Assembly (NCBI GenBank): GCA_048013815.1
Contig: CM106585.1
Coordinates: 3,100,001 to 3,164,000 of the forward strand
Direction: 5' to 3'
DNA: 64,000 bases
From: Setoptus koraiensis
Taxonomy: Eukaryota > Animalia > Arthropoda
Below are positions 1 through 14,112 of this stretch, piece by piece. Below the pieces are notes generated by a model, which made no database searches, had not been told where the DNA came from, and saw only the letters and a list, made by a program, of their open reading frames with translations. Position 1 is the first letter of the stretch. Each line of letters starts with the position of its first letter. The position numbers and the translations under genes are program-made.

Positions 1-3000
1 TATAAAATGGATTCTCTTTACTTTGCTCCTTTTGGATCATCTTTCTCATAAATGAAATTCTGTCACAGCTTTATATCCAACCATCACTCAATATATCTCT
101 CACTCTCTACAATTGTGTATATCTACAATTTTTCTCGAACAAATTCAATGCGATTCATCTATAAGAATGGCAGAGAAAGAAAGAGATAAACATTCATCAT
201 TACTTAAGCTGCCTGACAAAGCAGCATTTAGTGGCGTCACGTCAAATTGTGAGGCGTCCACATTGTGCGCTTCGTGGCGAAGCCTACCAAACCAAACGAA
301 CACGGGCTCTATCTCTTTATAACCGGCTTATGTTCGAGCATAGATAAATTGTATAATGTTTTGATGCGGATCTATCTGAACTGGGATGGATAAGGGAAGT
401 GGGGAGGGTGCCAGAAGAATAGTGAGTTAGTTGGCCAAATGGCCAACTAACTCACTACCTGGTATAGAAAGGAGGCGAAAGAAATAGCATCATGATGATG
501 TTTTATCGTGTGCGGCCTGTGTGTTGCATCGGTACAACTATCAAAGTATTTTGCACTGAACAAACCTAGTCTAGTTTTGTTAGCAAACAAGATGCAAGAT
601 CTAGATAGGAGATAGGCAAATATTAAGATATTTATCTCGCCATAACCACATCTGCACACACGCTGATAGACGAAGCAAAACAACCAAACCAGTATCTTTC
701 TCTTCGCCATGAATTGACGCTCAGTGGATTCCTCGAAATATCACGACCCTCTATATGCGGTACGATGCCAACGAACGACTGGGCCCGAACACGTCGTTAT
801 CATTGGTTATTCAGCTATGCTATGTGATACTGATTGGTGTTCGGCCTAGAACCTCTGATTTGAGGGTTTCTTTTAATGCAGTTTCCTAACAAAAGAAGCG
901 CCCCTTTTCGCAGCCTCCAATTGAGTGATCTTATTTGTGGCAAGACAAGCTGGGGAGGTTAAAAAATGGTGCAGGTGAATACCACAAAAGGGTTGGCTAG
1001 GTCGCTGTTATTGTTGTCATTATTATTGTTCGTATTTGAGGCACTCTCGAAACGTTAATGATTATGGTTATTAATTCTCGCCTTTTGCAACTTATCGAAA
1101 CACTTCTTGGAGCCGATGAACATTTCGTTGCCTTTTGGCAAACAACAATGCGCCCAACAAATGAGAAATACTGAACGCATTGAACGACAACTCAGTGGCA
1201 AGTGGCAACTATTGGTTACCACGAGCTATCACGTGCTATGGAGAGCACCACAACATGACAGCGATAACAACAGCACAGATAACAACAATACCAGCACTGT
1301 CAATGTATTCACGTGCTGGTTGTGCTGCTTTTGTGAGGCAAACAATAACAGAAATGGTCGGCAGACAACACCATAAAACACGACAACAAAAAAGATCTGG
1401 ACATGTGTACAGTGACAGTGTTTTGTTCTTGGCAAATTTGCGACTGCAAACAGTCTCACATGCAAACTTTGACGTATCTATTCACCTAGCGGCTAGAGAC
1501 TCGCGTGTAGCCAACCAATGATTGTTCCGGTGGGAGAGCGCAAGTCGAAACAACTGTTGTTGATGAGGTAGCGAGAAGATTTCTCTGTTTCGTCTGTTTC
1601 TATTCATGCCTTGCACTTGTGCATGGAATGAATGTAGTAAGTTATATTTCAAGTAGTCTCCCAAATGTGATTGCTCCATCAAGGGCAGAAAAGGGTAAAA
1701 CACAGATAGCTAGCACCTCGTCAAAAGAGGGGTCCACTTGTACACACTGGCTCGACTTATGGCCATAACTTATCGGAATGGCCACTTTTAGCTAGATCGT
1801 AAGATGGCAACACAACGATCGTTGTGCCTTGTGAGTGATGGCTCATTTGTGTGACAGCTAGTGCGAGATGGTAATATAATGTGTGTCCAGTTTGTATGTG
1901 TGTTTAATTTAAATAATTGCTTTTGTGTATGTGCGTGCATTTAGGCACATTTATAGCGAGTGTCCGAATCGAGTGTTAGCCAAAATGGTCTGGCCAGCGC
2001 CAGTGATGGCGCCATCATTAGTTATAAGAAGCTCGCTGGTTTGCTTGTCATGATTATATATTGTGTGCAGTCGTCTTCTCACTAAAGCAAACTAAATCCA
2101 CCCCCATATTAGTTGACATCTACTCGCTGGAGCCCATCATCATCCTTATAGCAATAATAAAACTTGTAAGTCTTAGGAGGCAACTTGTGGCCGATTGCAA
2201 TTGCCTGCCAGCCTATGCACTTGCCCTGGATCCACTGCTTTATTGATCAAACAACAACAACTTAGCCCCCATGATAATATGCATCTAGATATACAATTCA
2301 ATATATATGGGGCAAAGAGAAATTGTTGTCGCATGATGCCACGTGTTTGTGTAAGCTTCTGGTGTGCTGGCATAACCAAGAAGCGATTTGCGACATGCCA
2401 ACCAATACCGATGACAAATGAACGAGCGAACAAACAAACAAACTAAGCTTAACCAAACGAAACTAGACAAGATCAAACAAACTCAACTAGACTAAACCAA
2501 ACCAAAATAGAAGAAATGTTGCATCGGAAAAAGCATCAAGATGTCGGGATTAACATCTCGCCAAGCAAACTCACAATAGTGCGCGAATAGTATATGAGAG
2601 CCAAGGAGAAGGCTGTTCGTATGGGCCTATCGCCGTAGTTGCCATTTTAATCAGAGCTGGGCCTCGTGCGACCTTTAAGCTTGCCACTGACACCTCAAGC
2701 GCCAGGTGGAGGAATAAATTGTGTCAGTTTATCTTTGCTTAACATGCAAGAGATGTTGACTTGGTGATATATCGGACTGGCTATCCTTAATCAAAGATCG
2801 ATCAAATGTAATTGAGTATTTACATCTTGTTCTTCTTTTCAGTCGAGCCAACCTACTATTATATAAGTACTTGGAGCGAGGCCATTACACTCGATAGGCG
2901 CACAAATATACACTGGCCATGAGATTGTTATTACTATCGTCTCTATTATTATTACTGTTATCATTATGTGCAAGTTGTAGCAATTGTATGTGGTATGTGG

Positions 3001-4391
3001 CAATTGTATGTGATGCGATGCAACCAGAAACAGAGCAAACAAACTATTCCTGAGACAATAATAATGTAAATAATCCATCTGAATTAATTTAACTGGCTAT
3101 CGGTGCAAGTGTTGTTAAGTGAAATCTTCAAGTGGTATCACATTTCGACCACTATACACCAGTCCGACCAGCATCTATGGTGGCTATCGATGGAACAACA
3201 GACACTTGCTTCCAACCAACGTTTCCACTGGCCCTGTCCGTGGGCCATTAGTGCTTTTGAATCGAGGGGACCACTTGAACTATTGTATCATCAGCCGCGG
3301 CTTCACCTAGCCGCTCCTATGGTAGTGAAACGAGCAGTGCACTCTTGCTTGCTTTAGTCTCGACATTCATTGAATCTATTCACGATCAGATGCGATCCTC
3401 CGGGCCTCATCCGGGCCACACTCATAATAACGCTCCGGCCGAGTTTATGGAGCGTGAAAATTCTCGCTTCTCGCTAGAAACACAAGGCATCGTTAGTATG
3501 ATATTAGTGTAGCGATGAGGTCGGCCAGCCAGCCAGCAAGCCGACCAGCCGACCAGCCAACCAGCCAACCAGGCACCAGTTATTGAGCCAACCGTATCAT
3601 GTTGATGCTTGAGTGGCAGTTGGCGAGCTGTCCAACACTGGTCTACCATAAAGCTGAGTCGAGCTTGTGACTAAGCCATCGACTTATCGCCTTTCATATA
3701 GTACAATACTCTCTCCATTGAGTCTTTTTCTCTCACTTCTCTTTAATCTTTTCTGCCCAGTTCCGTTATTCTTGTCTAACCATCACTTGGACATGCGACA
3801 AATATCATTGTTATTGTTCACATCACCAACTAATACATTAATACATGTTTTTTGTTGTTGCCATTGTTGTTGGTCCCGCCCGTTAGTGTTGCTGGCAAAT
3901 ATTTTCTCTAATACAGTTGTGGTGACACGACTGTGTTAGACAGCCAAACTATCCCAATGGCTAACAGGCTGACTGGCGCATGCCCAAGCGGATGCGCAAA
4001 TTGTGTGCCCATTGCAAAGACCAGACCAAACCAGAACTGCTGTGTGTTTGTGTGAACGAGAGCTAGTTTCTGGCGCCTCACAATAAGTACAACAACAACA
4101 GCGTAAACGACAATTTAAACTGCACTAGCGAGAATAGCTACAACAAATTGAGTCTTTTCTCGTGTAAATCGTCAGCAAGTACCAATAGAGGCAGCCAAGT
4201 TGCAAACTGAAATCTAGTGTGCAAGAAACAGAATAACTAACTGCAAGAGAGGCCCCGAATCTTGAGATTAGATCCGACAATAATTTATCACCAAATAACA
4301 ACTGTAGCACAACAACAACTATGGGCTTGTTAACTATCTAACGTAACGTGAATAAAGTTAAGTGAAGTGAATTGAAGTAAGGACAGCTAAG

Positions 4392-4740
4392 GTATGTCAT
4401 TTCAAGTGGAGCGAAAACGGGAACTAACGTTTAACTAACATCGCTTAAATAACAGTATGATGAGACATTAAGTTGTCAATTGATTTGAGCTTTCGTGACA
4501 CTTTCTGTTTGATCGGATCATATAAAAAATCAGTTAAAGTTAGTGCAAACACCTTCAAAAATAATCACTAGCATACAGATATCACCATTTGGAAAATAGA
4601 AGCAGATTTTGGTGTTTGAGTGAGAAATTGTTACTCCAATTCAGCTCATCTTGCCCAAGCTAGTTTGACTCTCGACAATTTGACTTTGAAGTTGAGTTTA
4701 CAAATGAAACTATACTACTACAACGAATAATTTTATATAG
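4392..4740 (+). other. Putative 5'-UTR intron of the FSTL4/5-like gene
   Basis: AAG|GTATGT donor at 4392 and TTTTATATAG acceptor at 4740, 16 nt before the first ATG. No transcript evidence. Confidence 0.4.
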
Positions 4741-4756
4741 TCGAATTGTGACGAAC

Positions 4757-7700
4757 ATGAATCGCTTTTTATGTATCAACCAGAAAGATAACTCTGGAGA
4801 CATGTGGCACCCAATCAAGGTCACCAGCAAGCTCCTTGTAGGAGTGTTTGTTTCCTTATTAGTGTTATCAGCGATTGCAGTTGAATTCACTGACCATCAT
4901 CGGCTCCATCTTAATCGACGCTCTCGCCAGCATCATCAGCAAAAACAAAGCGAGAAAAGAGGTTACACTAATGATAAGTTGCAACTAGAATATCTAAACC
5001 AACATTTTATGCAATCGGACTCTGATGGTTCATCGGCCAATGATCCGTTAGTTGATGACAGCAACAACTATTACCCCGATAATCGGCAGAGTGCTACGAC
5101 CGGTGAACAATGGCCAACACTTATCGGCACCGACCAGAATGTCCGGCGGGCTGAAAATCGAAAATCATGCCCGCGTCATTGCTCAAGCCAACTTCGCGCT
5201 AAAGCGCTTAAAATACCAATTAATGACTATGTTGTTCCATCAATGAGAGACGTCGATCCACCCAACGATAAATTGATCTATAAGCAAAAAGCTTCTTCCA
5301 TTTGCGGCTCCGACAAGAAATTCTACCCAACTTATTGTCACATGCAACGAGCCTCTTGTAGAACTCGGCAGACGATTCATCCCGTAGACCCGAATGTATG
5401 CTTATTCAAGTTGCATGATTCTAAACATGGTGAAAACGAAATTGTTTCGCAAACAAGCGACTCATCGAGGCGATATATACAAGAAATCAAAAAAGTAAAA
5501 AGAGATCATCTGATCGACGATCAAAACGAAGTTATTGAAGGCGAAAAGATTGATCAAGACGATTTTGACGAAGAACAAGATGAATTGATTGATAATGATC
5601 TCGGAGCGATTCTCGAAAAAAATAGCAAATACTACGATACTTTGAAATTATTCGAACTATCAAATCTGGAGAATAAGTTGCAACCAGATTCGACAAACAA
5701 TAGTGAAACTGTGATAGATAGTAGCAAACATATTTGCAATCGTCAGCTATACAACCAAATGCTTATTAAAATTGCAGCCTCAAGTGAGTATAAATGATTC
5801 ATATTTTTTCCTATAAGTAACCATTTGCATCGAACATCTTATTAAATTCCCCACCTTTTTTCCATGTTGCTTTTTGTTTTTTTTTTTGATTACCAGCTGT
5901 GAGAGATTCAAGCGAAATATTCCATTATTTTGATAGGAATCACGATCTCAAAATTAGCCCACACGAACTGCTTTTAGATAACGACGAATCATCATCCTTC
6001 TTTTATGCTCGAAGCAACGAAGAGTTACCAATCAACATTAGAGGCAACTATATATTGGAGCCTTTGTTTGATGACAATCCGTGTTCATTGAGTCATATTC
6101 TATTGTATGAGGATGTGAATAGAGATGATGCACTTGATTTAAATGAGATGACAACTGCCTTCCAGTCGATCTTGCCAAGCATTCCTGGCGGACAGAAAAA
6201 ACTTATTAATGACCCAACGACTCGAAACAGGGTTATCAGTAGCTCTAAGGAGCACCATGTGAATTTGGGTGACATATATAGAATAGATTGCCAATTAAAC
6301 GACGACAATATTCAGGAAAAAAGCGACAATCCTAAAATTGAATGGTTACGCAATGGAGTTCAATTGGGTAGTCAGCCGATCTATGCACAACAGCAATCTA
6401 CAAACACACTTCGTCAGCTCACTATTGATCAAAAGGATTGGTCGCTATTATTCAGAGACATACAATTGTTTATGGCAGGCAACTACACTTGTCGACGGCA
6501 AATCGGCGAATATTCATCACCACCTCTGTTAATTTATGAGCAGCACCATTATTTGTACGTTTTCGGTGAGTTTATTAAAATAAAATAACACAAAACAACT
6601 CTATCATTTTTAAAAACTACCAAACGCATTATATTAATACTCGCCCCGTATACCATGACACGTTGTTTAGTATCACCGAAAGTGACTGTGAGACCCGCAT
6701 TCCAATGGGCACCAATCAATTCTCAAGTTCAGCTAGAGTGCCAATATGAGTATTTATCCTTGTTCATTAACGACGGTGGATCACTGATTAAAATTAGATG
6801 GTTCAAGAATGGCCAGGAGCTTGAGGATAAGGATCAGACAGCAACCAATAGTTATCACACTAACAATTCAACAAGCTCGCCCGATGATGGTTTTTACGAG
6901 TATGACTCCCAATCATCGTCTATTGTGGCTAACACTTTCCAAGAAGCCTCCCCAAACGAAAATGTCCATTCATCGCATGAAACTGTCAACAGGAACAACA
7001 AAAATGGCGCTAAAGATATTGCACAAGTACAGACTCTAGACCAACAACGAGCCAAGAGCTCTTCGGTTAGTGTCAGCATGAGGTCAAGCAGGCTTACGAT
7101 AAACTCTCTGGCACAAACGGATACAAGTTTAATATCTTGTCAGGCAAGTTTAGATTTTCACGGCTCATCAGGAGTAAACAGCAACAACAATTTACCGACA
7201 ATTGATAAATTAGACAAATTATCATTGTCAGCTTCAGATTATGGCTCACTTCTTGTTCAGGATGAACCGGCACCGATTGCAATCCATGAGCTTGACTCTG
7301 GCAAAGAACATCTTTGGTTGTTTCACGACAATGGTATCACTATTTATTCGATATCGCTGAATGACGCAGATGATCAAATACAGCTAATTAAAAAATTCAC
7401 AGGTCATGACACAATAGAGCCTCAGATCGACAATAACTGGAATCAATTGACATTGTGCGGTGGCGTAAGTCCCAACGAGGCGGTCATATGCGAATGGAGT
7501 GATAATGCTGTCATTGTGAGGCCGCATTACTTGACACCTTATGGATCTGTCGATCAACAGAAACGCCGCAGAAGAAGCAAACAATCGCTCGGCTATATTT
7601 ATGTGGGCCAGCCAAATCTTAATAGAGTGCTGGTGTTTGACAGTCAACAATTTGAGATAGTGTCCATTTTGAACACAGATCCACAGCCAAAGCAACTGTG

Positions 7701-9198
7701 GCTTTACAACACCATAGACCATGTGCCAAATATTAATCAGCATAATCCAACGAGAATTGCATCGCCCGCGGAGAATCATCGAAACAAGATGCGCAAACAA
7801 GACAACATAGCCATATCAACTCAAGCTCAGTTTGGGTACGATATATGGATCTTATGTCATGGTCAACCATTGGTTGTCGACACCACAAACATCAGCAAAA
7901 TCACTGTCAATGATTCGCCATATCATGCCAAGTCAAACGTAACAGATTTCATCAAAAATAAGGACAAAAATACGATGACGAGCAATTATGAAGCAGATGA
8001 TCAGTGGTCACTGGTATCGGATAAACAAAAAATTGCTAATTATTGGCAACAGCAAATGGTGAGCAAAGAACAACGCTTAAGAAATCGTAAAAGTGTCCAA
8101 ATTATTCGCACAACTAATAGGTCTAACATCGACGTACTTAATAGGCACGGTGACACTAAACTATCGACAACTATGACAAATAATCGAAGCTTGCGCAGTC
8201 ATCATCTTCTCAATAAAATAGATAAATATCAGTCGGACGAGAAATTGTCGGAGTCCGCAAGTCAAGCTGCAACACTATCGTCAGACAGCTTGAAACGTTT
8301 TAAATCAAACAACTCTATAGCCATGTATCATCTTAAATCCAATCATCCGTTTGGCCTTATTCACGATCTTTACATGCCCCCTGTGGCAACACCATTAGTT
8401 GATAATCATCGTTACCAGGTCCAATATGCCTATGTTTCGCATTACGATGAACCAAAATTAACCCGTATAAACATGAAAATCATGGCCTCAGACAACATTT
8501 TCAATTTAGGCGATTGTGTCCCAGTATATCAATTAACAACAGCTACCGGTCTGCTCATAATTCAGTGCCGTACACCAGTCACTCATCAACTTAAAGGCCA
8601 ACTAATATTAGATCAGCTAACAAGTTCTTTTATTGGTTACAATCCGGATATCCGAGCCCAGCGAAGCTCTCTATCGCCAGATCATAGATATCTGGTTAGT
8701 ATCCATACTAATTACAACTACTACAACACCAGTGACATCAGAAAAGAATTTAAAAATGATAAAAATGTTTTTGGTAGCGTCGACATGAGGAGTGAGAATC
8801 AAGCAGTAGGCAAGAGATTTTCATCAACAAAAATTATTGTTCAGAAAGTTGAACCTTCTGGTCTAGAGTTTCAATATGATGTTAACACGTCACTATCTAT
8901 AATAGATTGTGCTTTTGTGTGGAAAAACGGCGATTATGATGCAATATTAGTGTCAGATCAAGGAAAACAAAATGAAATATTGAGCTTGCGCTTATTAGAT
9001 GGACGTGTTGAATTGATCAGCGGAATCTCGGGTAATATCTTCAATCAGCGTTCAAACTTGAAAGTATCAGAAAGATCGAAAATGGCCGCAGTGACCACCA
9101 ACAATGGTGTCTACGTCTTGGATATGGAGGACAACAGAGTCAAATGTCAAGTGCCTAAGCATCATCAATTCACATCAGCCACCATTTTGTGGGCATAG
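4757..9198 (+). CDS. FSTL5: Follistatin-related protein 4/5-like secreted protein (signal peptide, Kazal, EF-hand, 2 Ig, beta-propeller-like C-terminus); 3 coding exons
   Basis: Exons 4757(or 4802)-5783, 5897-6565, 6671-9198. Introns 5784-5896 and 6566-6670 are GTGAGT...AG, both phase 1, and join the three ORFs in frame. Signal KLLVGVFVSLLVLSAIA; Kazal CPRHC..ICGSDKKFYPTYCHMQRASC; EF-hands DRNHDLKISPHE and DVNRDDALDLNE; Ig motifs C..W.RNG..GNYTC and C..W.KNG..ISC; YIYVGQPNLNRVLVFD. Domain order matches the FSTL4/5 family. Confidence 0.85.
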
Positions 9199-9235
9199 AC
9201 AAATTATTTATAAACAACCGAACAATTAGCTACTG

Positions 9236-9241
9236 AATAAA
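9236..9241 (+). promoter_or_regulatory. Candidate polyadenylation signal
   Basis: AATAAA 38 nt after the stop codon at 9198. Confidence 0.4.
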
Positions 9242-9477
9242 CAATATCTGGTCTTACAATGAAGTCGATGTATTCCGAATTCATTTCCACAACGGAATGT
9301 TTTGAACCAATGTATCACGATTCTCAAGCACACACGATAAGTGGCGAATCTCAACTTAAGATAATTGACTAAAATGTCTACCTCGCTACAATTGTCAAAG
9401 TATCTTTCACTCATCTAGACTCGGACGCTTTACAGTGAAACTGGCTGAACGGCCACATTCTGTATGGCCACAAAGGA

Positions 9478-9884
9478 CCTGCTGGAGGCCGTCACATCTC
9501 CGTCGTCGCTCCCGCGACGACTGCGTGCGACGGCAACCCTTCAGGTAGGGTTGATGAGCGCTTCGGGTTTCGGGGTTCGCCTTCAGCCCTCCGCTCAAGT
9601 GACTGCAATTCATTTACTACGGCGGGTTCATGTCCCATACGTAGATTTGTTCGGATATCTTGAGAACCGGAGGTTGAATAATTCTGTAAATGATGTCAGT
9701 CTGCTCGTCATACTTTGATCTAGCTGCATATCGAGTTTTAAGCCTGTATCTTGAACTTCATGTATAACCGGAACAGGAAGTTTCCGCACTTCCGGACTAG
9801 TCAAACTGTTGCGAGGGGGCCGTACGGGCCCCATGTGTGAAGTTTTATCGAAATCGGAGTGTGGCGCTATTCTGCACTACACCC
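9478..9884. mobile_element. Merlin-family MITE fragment (one degenerate end)
   Basis: Shares the GGAGGCCGTCACATCTCCGTCGTCGCTCCCGCGACG and TTCCGCACTTCCGG core with the arms of 52246-54403; degenerate terminus at 9884. Confidence 0.7.
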
Positions 9885-9919
9885 AAAAACTCATTCAGGT
9901 AATGGAAATTCTGATTTCT

Positions 9920-10092
9920 AGCGCTTAATTTTAATTAATTTTAATTAAGAAGCTACTGGGGTAGTGATGATGGATACGTTAATTCACTTGACTATGTAAT
10001 CCTATGGAGGTTTGACTTGGTCTATTATCTCTTCACTCGAAAATATTTCGCATGCAATCCTATGGAGATTTGACTAGGTCAAATTTGTGAGG
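9920..10092 (+). mobile_element. HINE/Helentron-type 5' end fragment
   Basis: AGCGCTTAATTTTAATTAA sub-terminal repeat followed by the family 5' body. Confidence 0.7.
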
Positions 10093-10325
10093 TTGGTTGT
10101 CGCCTAGATTATCTATGACCGCGAAACGTGCATCGTCGATTATTCTCGTGTTGTTGTTGTCTTTAACCGTAAGTTCGCTTACCAAAACTCCTCGGACAGG
10201 TAACTTGTGTCCATCTGCAGCTGTCAGTGCGCTACATTCTTTGTTGTCAAACTCGATCTTGTTGTCTAGGCAATACTTGAGGCTTACGGCGGAGACTACG
10301 GCACCTGAATCTATGAGAGCAAGTG
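10093..10325 (-). pseudogene. Ty3/gypsy aspartic protease fragment
   Basis: LALIDSGAVVSAVS...LTAADGHKLPVRG; cut by a Merlin TIR on one side and a HINE on the other. Confidence 0.75.
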
Positions 10326-11300
10326 GGGTGTTGTTCGGAATACGTACCAAGCCCGATTCCCTTCAAACTTCACACATGGGCCCCGAAGGGGCCCCCAAAA
10401 ACAAATAAAGTGGTCCGGAAGTGCGGAAATTTCTACTTCCGGAGATATGGGAAAATGCATTTTTCGGGCCTCTTAGGAGCCCCAGACCCCAAATTTTCGT
10501 ATGATTGTCTAGATCCTAATGCTTACTATGTGATAGCGTTAATATCAATCCCTTGCATCAACTCGTTCGGGAGATATTCGACAATAAGTGCAAGTCACAC
10601 TCCCGGTTTGCAAACTGACGCGATTCGGCTGTACTAGCACCTAGTTACGGTCTCTAAAGCAAGTTCACACCTTATATAAAAGAAACCCGGCCCGATCACG
10701 GGCCCCGCCCACTCGACTCCCAGTCCTCGGGAAGAATCTTTTTTAGTTAGGTGGCCGTCAGTCGTCCCGCCGGAGGCCGCAGGCCGTAGGCGTGGACGAC
10801 TGGAGGCCGAACCCCTTCTCCGGCCCGGGCCCAAGCTGTTCGACCGTGGTTTTCACAGCTGATCCTGTGCTGTACGTGAATCTGGTTCACGCATGAATAA
10901 ATCACGCGCAGCAGGTTGCAAAAAGTAATTATGCACGCGCTAGGACTCGGTGTGTGGTCGCACGATCTGCGGGCGCAGATCCGATCCGCGCCGCGCGCAT
11001 TGGTCACGCCTCTTCAGTTTGACCGCTTTTATTTTCTTCCTGCAGCTTCTAGGTACAGACTACCCTCGGTATGAAGACGTTAGTACCCTACCCGATGTCC
11101 GTGCGGGTGGGTACGGCCAATTATTCCGTCAATATGCCCTCAAATACCCTAGAATACCCAGTATGCGGTACCTCGGGTATCTCGGTAACGAAGAATTTCC
11201 GCACTTCCGGAATACCCGTTCGGGTATCAGGGTACAATACCCTACCCAAAAATACCCAAAATACCCAAATTGGGCGTGGTACGTATTCCGAACAATAACC
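10326..11300. mobile_element. Merlin-type MITE (TIR subtype GGGTGTTGTTCGGAATACGTACC)
   Basis: Inverted ends at 10326 and 11300 (GGTACGTATTCCGAACAATAACC); interior shared with 32440-33370; flanks AGCAAGTG/TCTATCTC do not match, so no TSD. Confidence 0.7.
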
Positions 11301-11347
11301 TCTATCTCTATCTCTCTATCTACTCTAATTTTTTTTATTGCCTTTTT

Positions 11348-13611
11348 AGCGCTTAATTTTAATTAAGTAGCTATTGGGGTGGTTCTGGCAGATACGTTTA
11401 TTCACGTGGGTAGAACAAATCAGTGCTTTTTCCAACTAGGAAAAAATAGCACGGTGAAAGCTGTACTGTGAGAAATAAACTAGATAAATTTAGAACACTC
11501 AAGGCTTACAATGTTGATTAGTTAAATTTAGCACATAGAATGCTATGCGCGTTCACTTACTAGACGCGATTAGCACGCTCAAAGCTGAGATGCTAACTAG
11601 ATGAATTTAGCACAGCAGAAGGCTAGCTGTATACAATTCGGATTTAGTGCACTGGAAGCTAGAGGTGTTGGAACTAGGAGATTGTAGAACAGTAGATACT
11701 ATTCAGAATAACTACTGCTTCTCAGCACTGTCAATGCTGATGTGGCTGTAACTAGACGAGAGTAGCACGTTCAATACTGTGATGCTAACTAGATGAATTT
11801 AGCACAGCAGAAGGCTAGCTGTATACAACTCGGATTTAGTGCACTGGAAGCTACAGGCGTTAGAACTAGAAGATTGTAGTACAGCAGAAACTGCTCAACC
11901 ATTCAAGGTATCTAAACGTTAACAATGTTAACCCTATGGGAATTTGACTTTGTTAATTTTGACAATTTTTTTTTGTTCTCTGTGTTAAAGTATCTGAACG
12001 TTAACAATGTTAACTCTATGGGAATTTGACTTTGTTAATTTTGACAAATTTCTTTTGTTCCCTGTGTTAAAGTATCTAAACGTTAACAATGTTAACTCTA
12101 TGGGAATCTGACTTTGACGATTTTGATGAATTTTGATTTTGGGTGTTGTAGCGAATAGCGACCCAGTCAGATTTCGATGAAACTTTACACATCGGGCCCG
12201 TGGGGCCCCCTGACAACAGTTTGAGTGGTCCGAAAGTGCGGAAACTTCCGGTTCCGGTTTTACAAAAACATTGAGATACAGATTTGAAACTCACTAGATA
12301 ACTGAAACTGTGCATGCGGAATACGATCATGTCTATTTCAAGTCTGTACGACTTCCGGTTCACGAGATATTTGGTTAAAACTGCTGAGAGGGCGTCGACG
12401 GGACGAACTATCCGCGCGCCTGAATGAATTCGTGCGCTCAGAGGCTCATGCAATTTATCACACAAGCTGGCACAGCCTTTTTTCTGTGCCAAAAACATGT
12501 CTCCAGTTCGTTCTTTCACCTTCATTCCTGTGTGGATTGCAGTCACCTGAGCGGAGGGTAGAGGGCGCAGCCCGATACCCGAAGCGCTCATCAACCCTAC
12601 CCGAAGGGTTCCCGTCGCACGCAGTCGTCGCGGGAGCGACGACGGAGATGTGACGGCCTCCAGAATACGAGGCCGCAGGCCGAGTTTTCAGACCCATCGC
12701 ATGTTCATCCCCGAGCGCAGCGAAGCAATAATTCGGTCACTTCCGGTGTTTATTCACGTGACTATGTAATCCTATGGAGGTTTGACTTAGTCAAATTTGT
12801 GAGAATCCTGCTAGACATTACACATGTATTCCTATGTAGATTCGACTTGGTCTATTATCGCTTCACTCGAAAATATTTCGTATGCAATTCTATGGAGATT
12901 TGACTAGGTCACATTTGTGCGCAGTTCGGTGGTGACAAATCGAACTTCAAAATTGAAAATTCGAATTTCTAATAAGAGTTTTAGCTGCTCGTTCAAAGTT
13001 AGTGGTTGAGTGTTCTTAGTTCTATGGTCAGAGTTCGGTGGTAACATTTCGAACTTCGGAATTCGAAATTGAAAATTCGGATTTCTGATGAGAGATTCAT
13101 CTGCTCGGTCAGAGTTCGATGGTCAGAGTTCGATGGTCAGAGTTCGATGGTCACATTTCGAACTTCGAAATTCGAAATTGAAAATTCGAATTTCTGATGA
13201 TAGTTCCATCTGCTCGTTCGATGTTCGATGGTCAGAGTTCCGTGGTGAGAGTTCTGTGGTGACGATTCGAAGTTCGAAATTCGAAAATTGAAGATTCGAA
13301 TTTCTGATGATAGTTTCATCTGCTCTGTCGAAGTTCGATGGTTGGAGTTCGAAGTTCGATGGTCAGAGTTCGGTGGTCAGAGTTCCATGGTCACATTTCG
13401 AACTTCGAAATTCGAAATTGAAAATTCGAATTTCTGATGATGGTTTCATCTGCTCTGTCGAAGTTCGATGGTTGGAGTTCGAAGTTCGATGGTCAGAGTT
13501 CGGTGGTCAGAGTTCTGTGGTCACAATTCGAAGTTCGAAGTTCGAAATTCGAAATTGAAAATTCGAATTTCTGATGATAGTTTCATCTGCTCTGTCGAAG
13601 TTCGATGGTTG
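11348..13611 (+). mobile_element. HINE/Helentron-type composite with ~78-bp and ~100-bp tandem repeats, running into the gap
   Basis: 5' sub-TIR at 11348 after a T-run; AAAGTATCTAAACGTTAACAATG repeats 11905-12140; TTCGAAATTCGAAATTGAAAATTCGAATTTCTGATGA repeats 12940-13611. Confidence 0.75.
12141..12750. mobile_element. Merlin MITE, left TIR only
   Basis: GGGTGTTGTAGCGAATAGCGACCC matches the left TIR at 52246; truncated on the right. Confidence 0.8.
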
Positions 13612-14111
13612 NNNNNNNNNNNNNNNNNNNNNNNNNNNNNNNNNNNNNNNNNNNNNNNNNNNNNNNNNNNNNNNNNNNNNNNNNNNNNNNNNNNNNNNNN
13701 NNNNNNNNNNNNNNNNNNNNNNNNNNNNNNNNNNNNNNNNNNNNNNNNNNNNNNNNNNNNNNNNNNNNNNNNNNNNNNNNNNNNNNNNNNNNNNNNNNNN
13801 NNNNNNNNNNNNNNNNNNNNNNNNNNNNNNNNNNNNNNNNNNNNNNNNNNNNNNNNNNNNNNNNNNNNNNNNNNNNNNNNNNNNNNNNNNNNNNNNNNNN
13901 NNNNNNNNNNNNNNNNNNNNNNNNNNNNNNNNNNNNNNNNNNNNNNNNNNNNNNNNNNNNNNNNNNNNNNNNNNNNNNNNNNNNNNNNNNNNNNNNNNNN
14001 NNNNNNNNNNNNNNNNNNNNNNNNNNNNNNNNNNNNNNNNNNNNNNNNNNNNNNNNNNNNNNNNNNNNNNNNNNNNNNNNNNNNNNNNNNNNNNNNNNNN
14101 NNNNNNNNNNN
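13612..14111. other. Assembly gap (500 N)
   Basis: Run of N. Confidence 1.
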
Positions 14112-14112
14112 C

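Noticed and set aside
1-4390. Short ORFs (60-113 aa) at the window start
   Set aside because: No recognisable domains; microsatellite-rich, consistent with intron, UTR or intergenic DNA.
12940-13611. Heat-shock element array in TTCGAA repeats
   Set aside because: GAA/TTC spacing is mostly 0-1 nt, not the 2-nt alternating nGAAn pattern.
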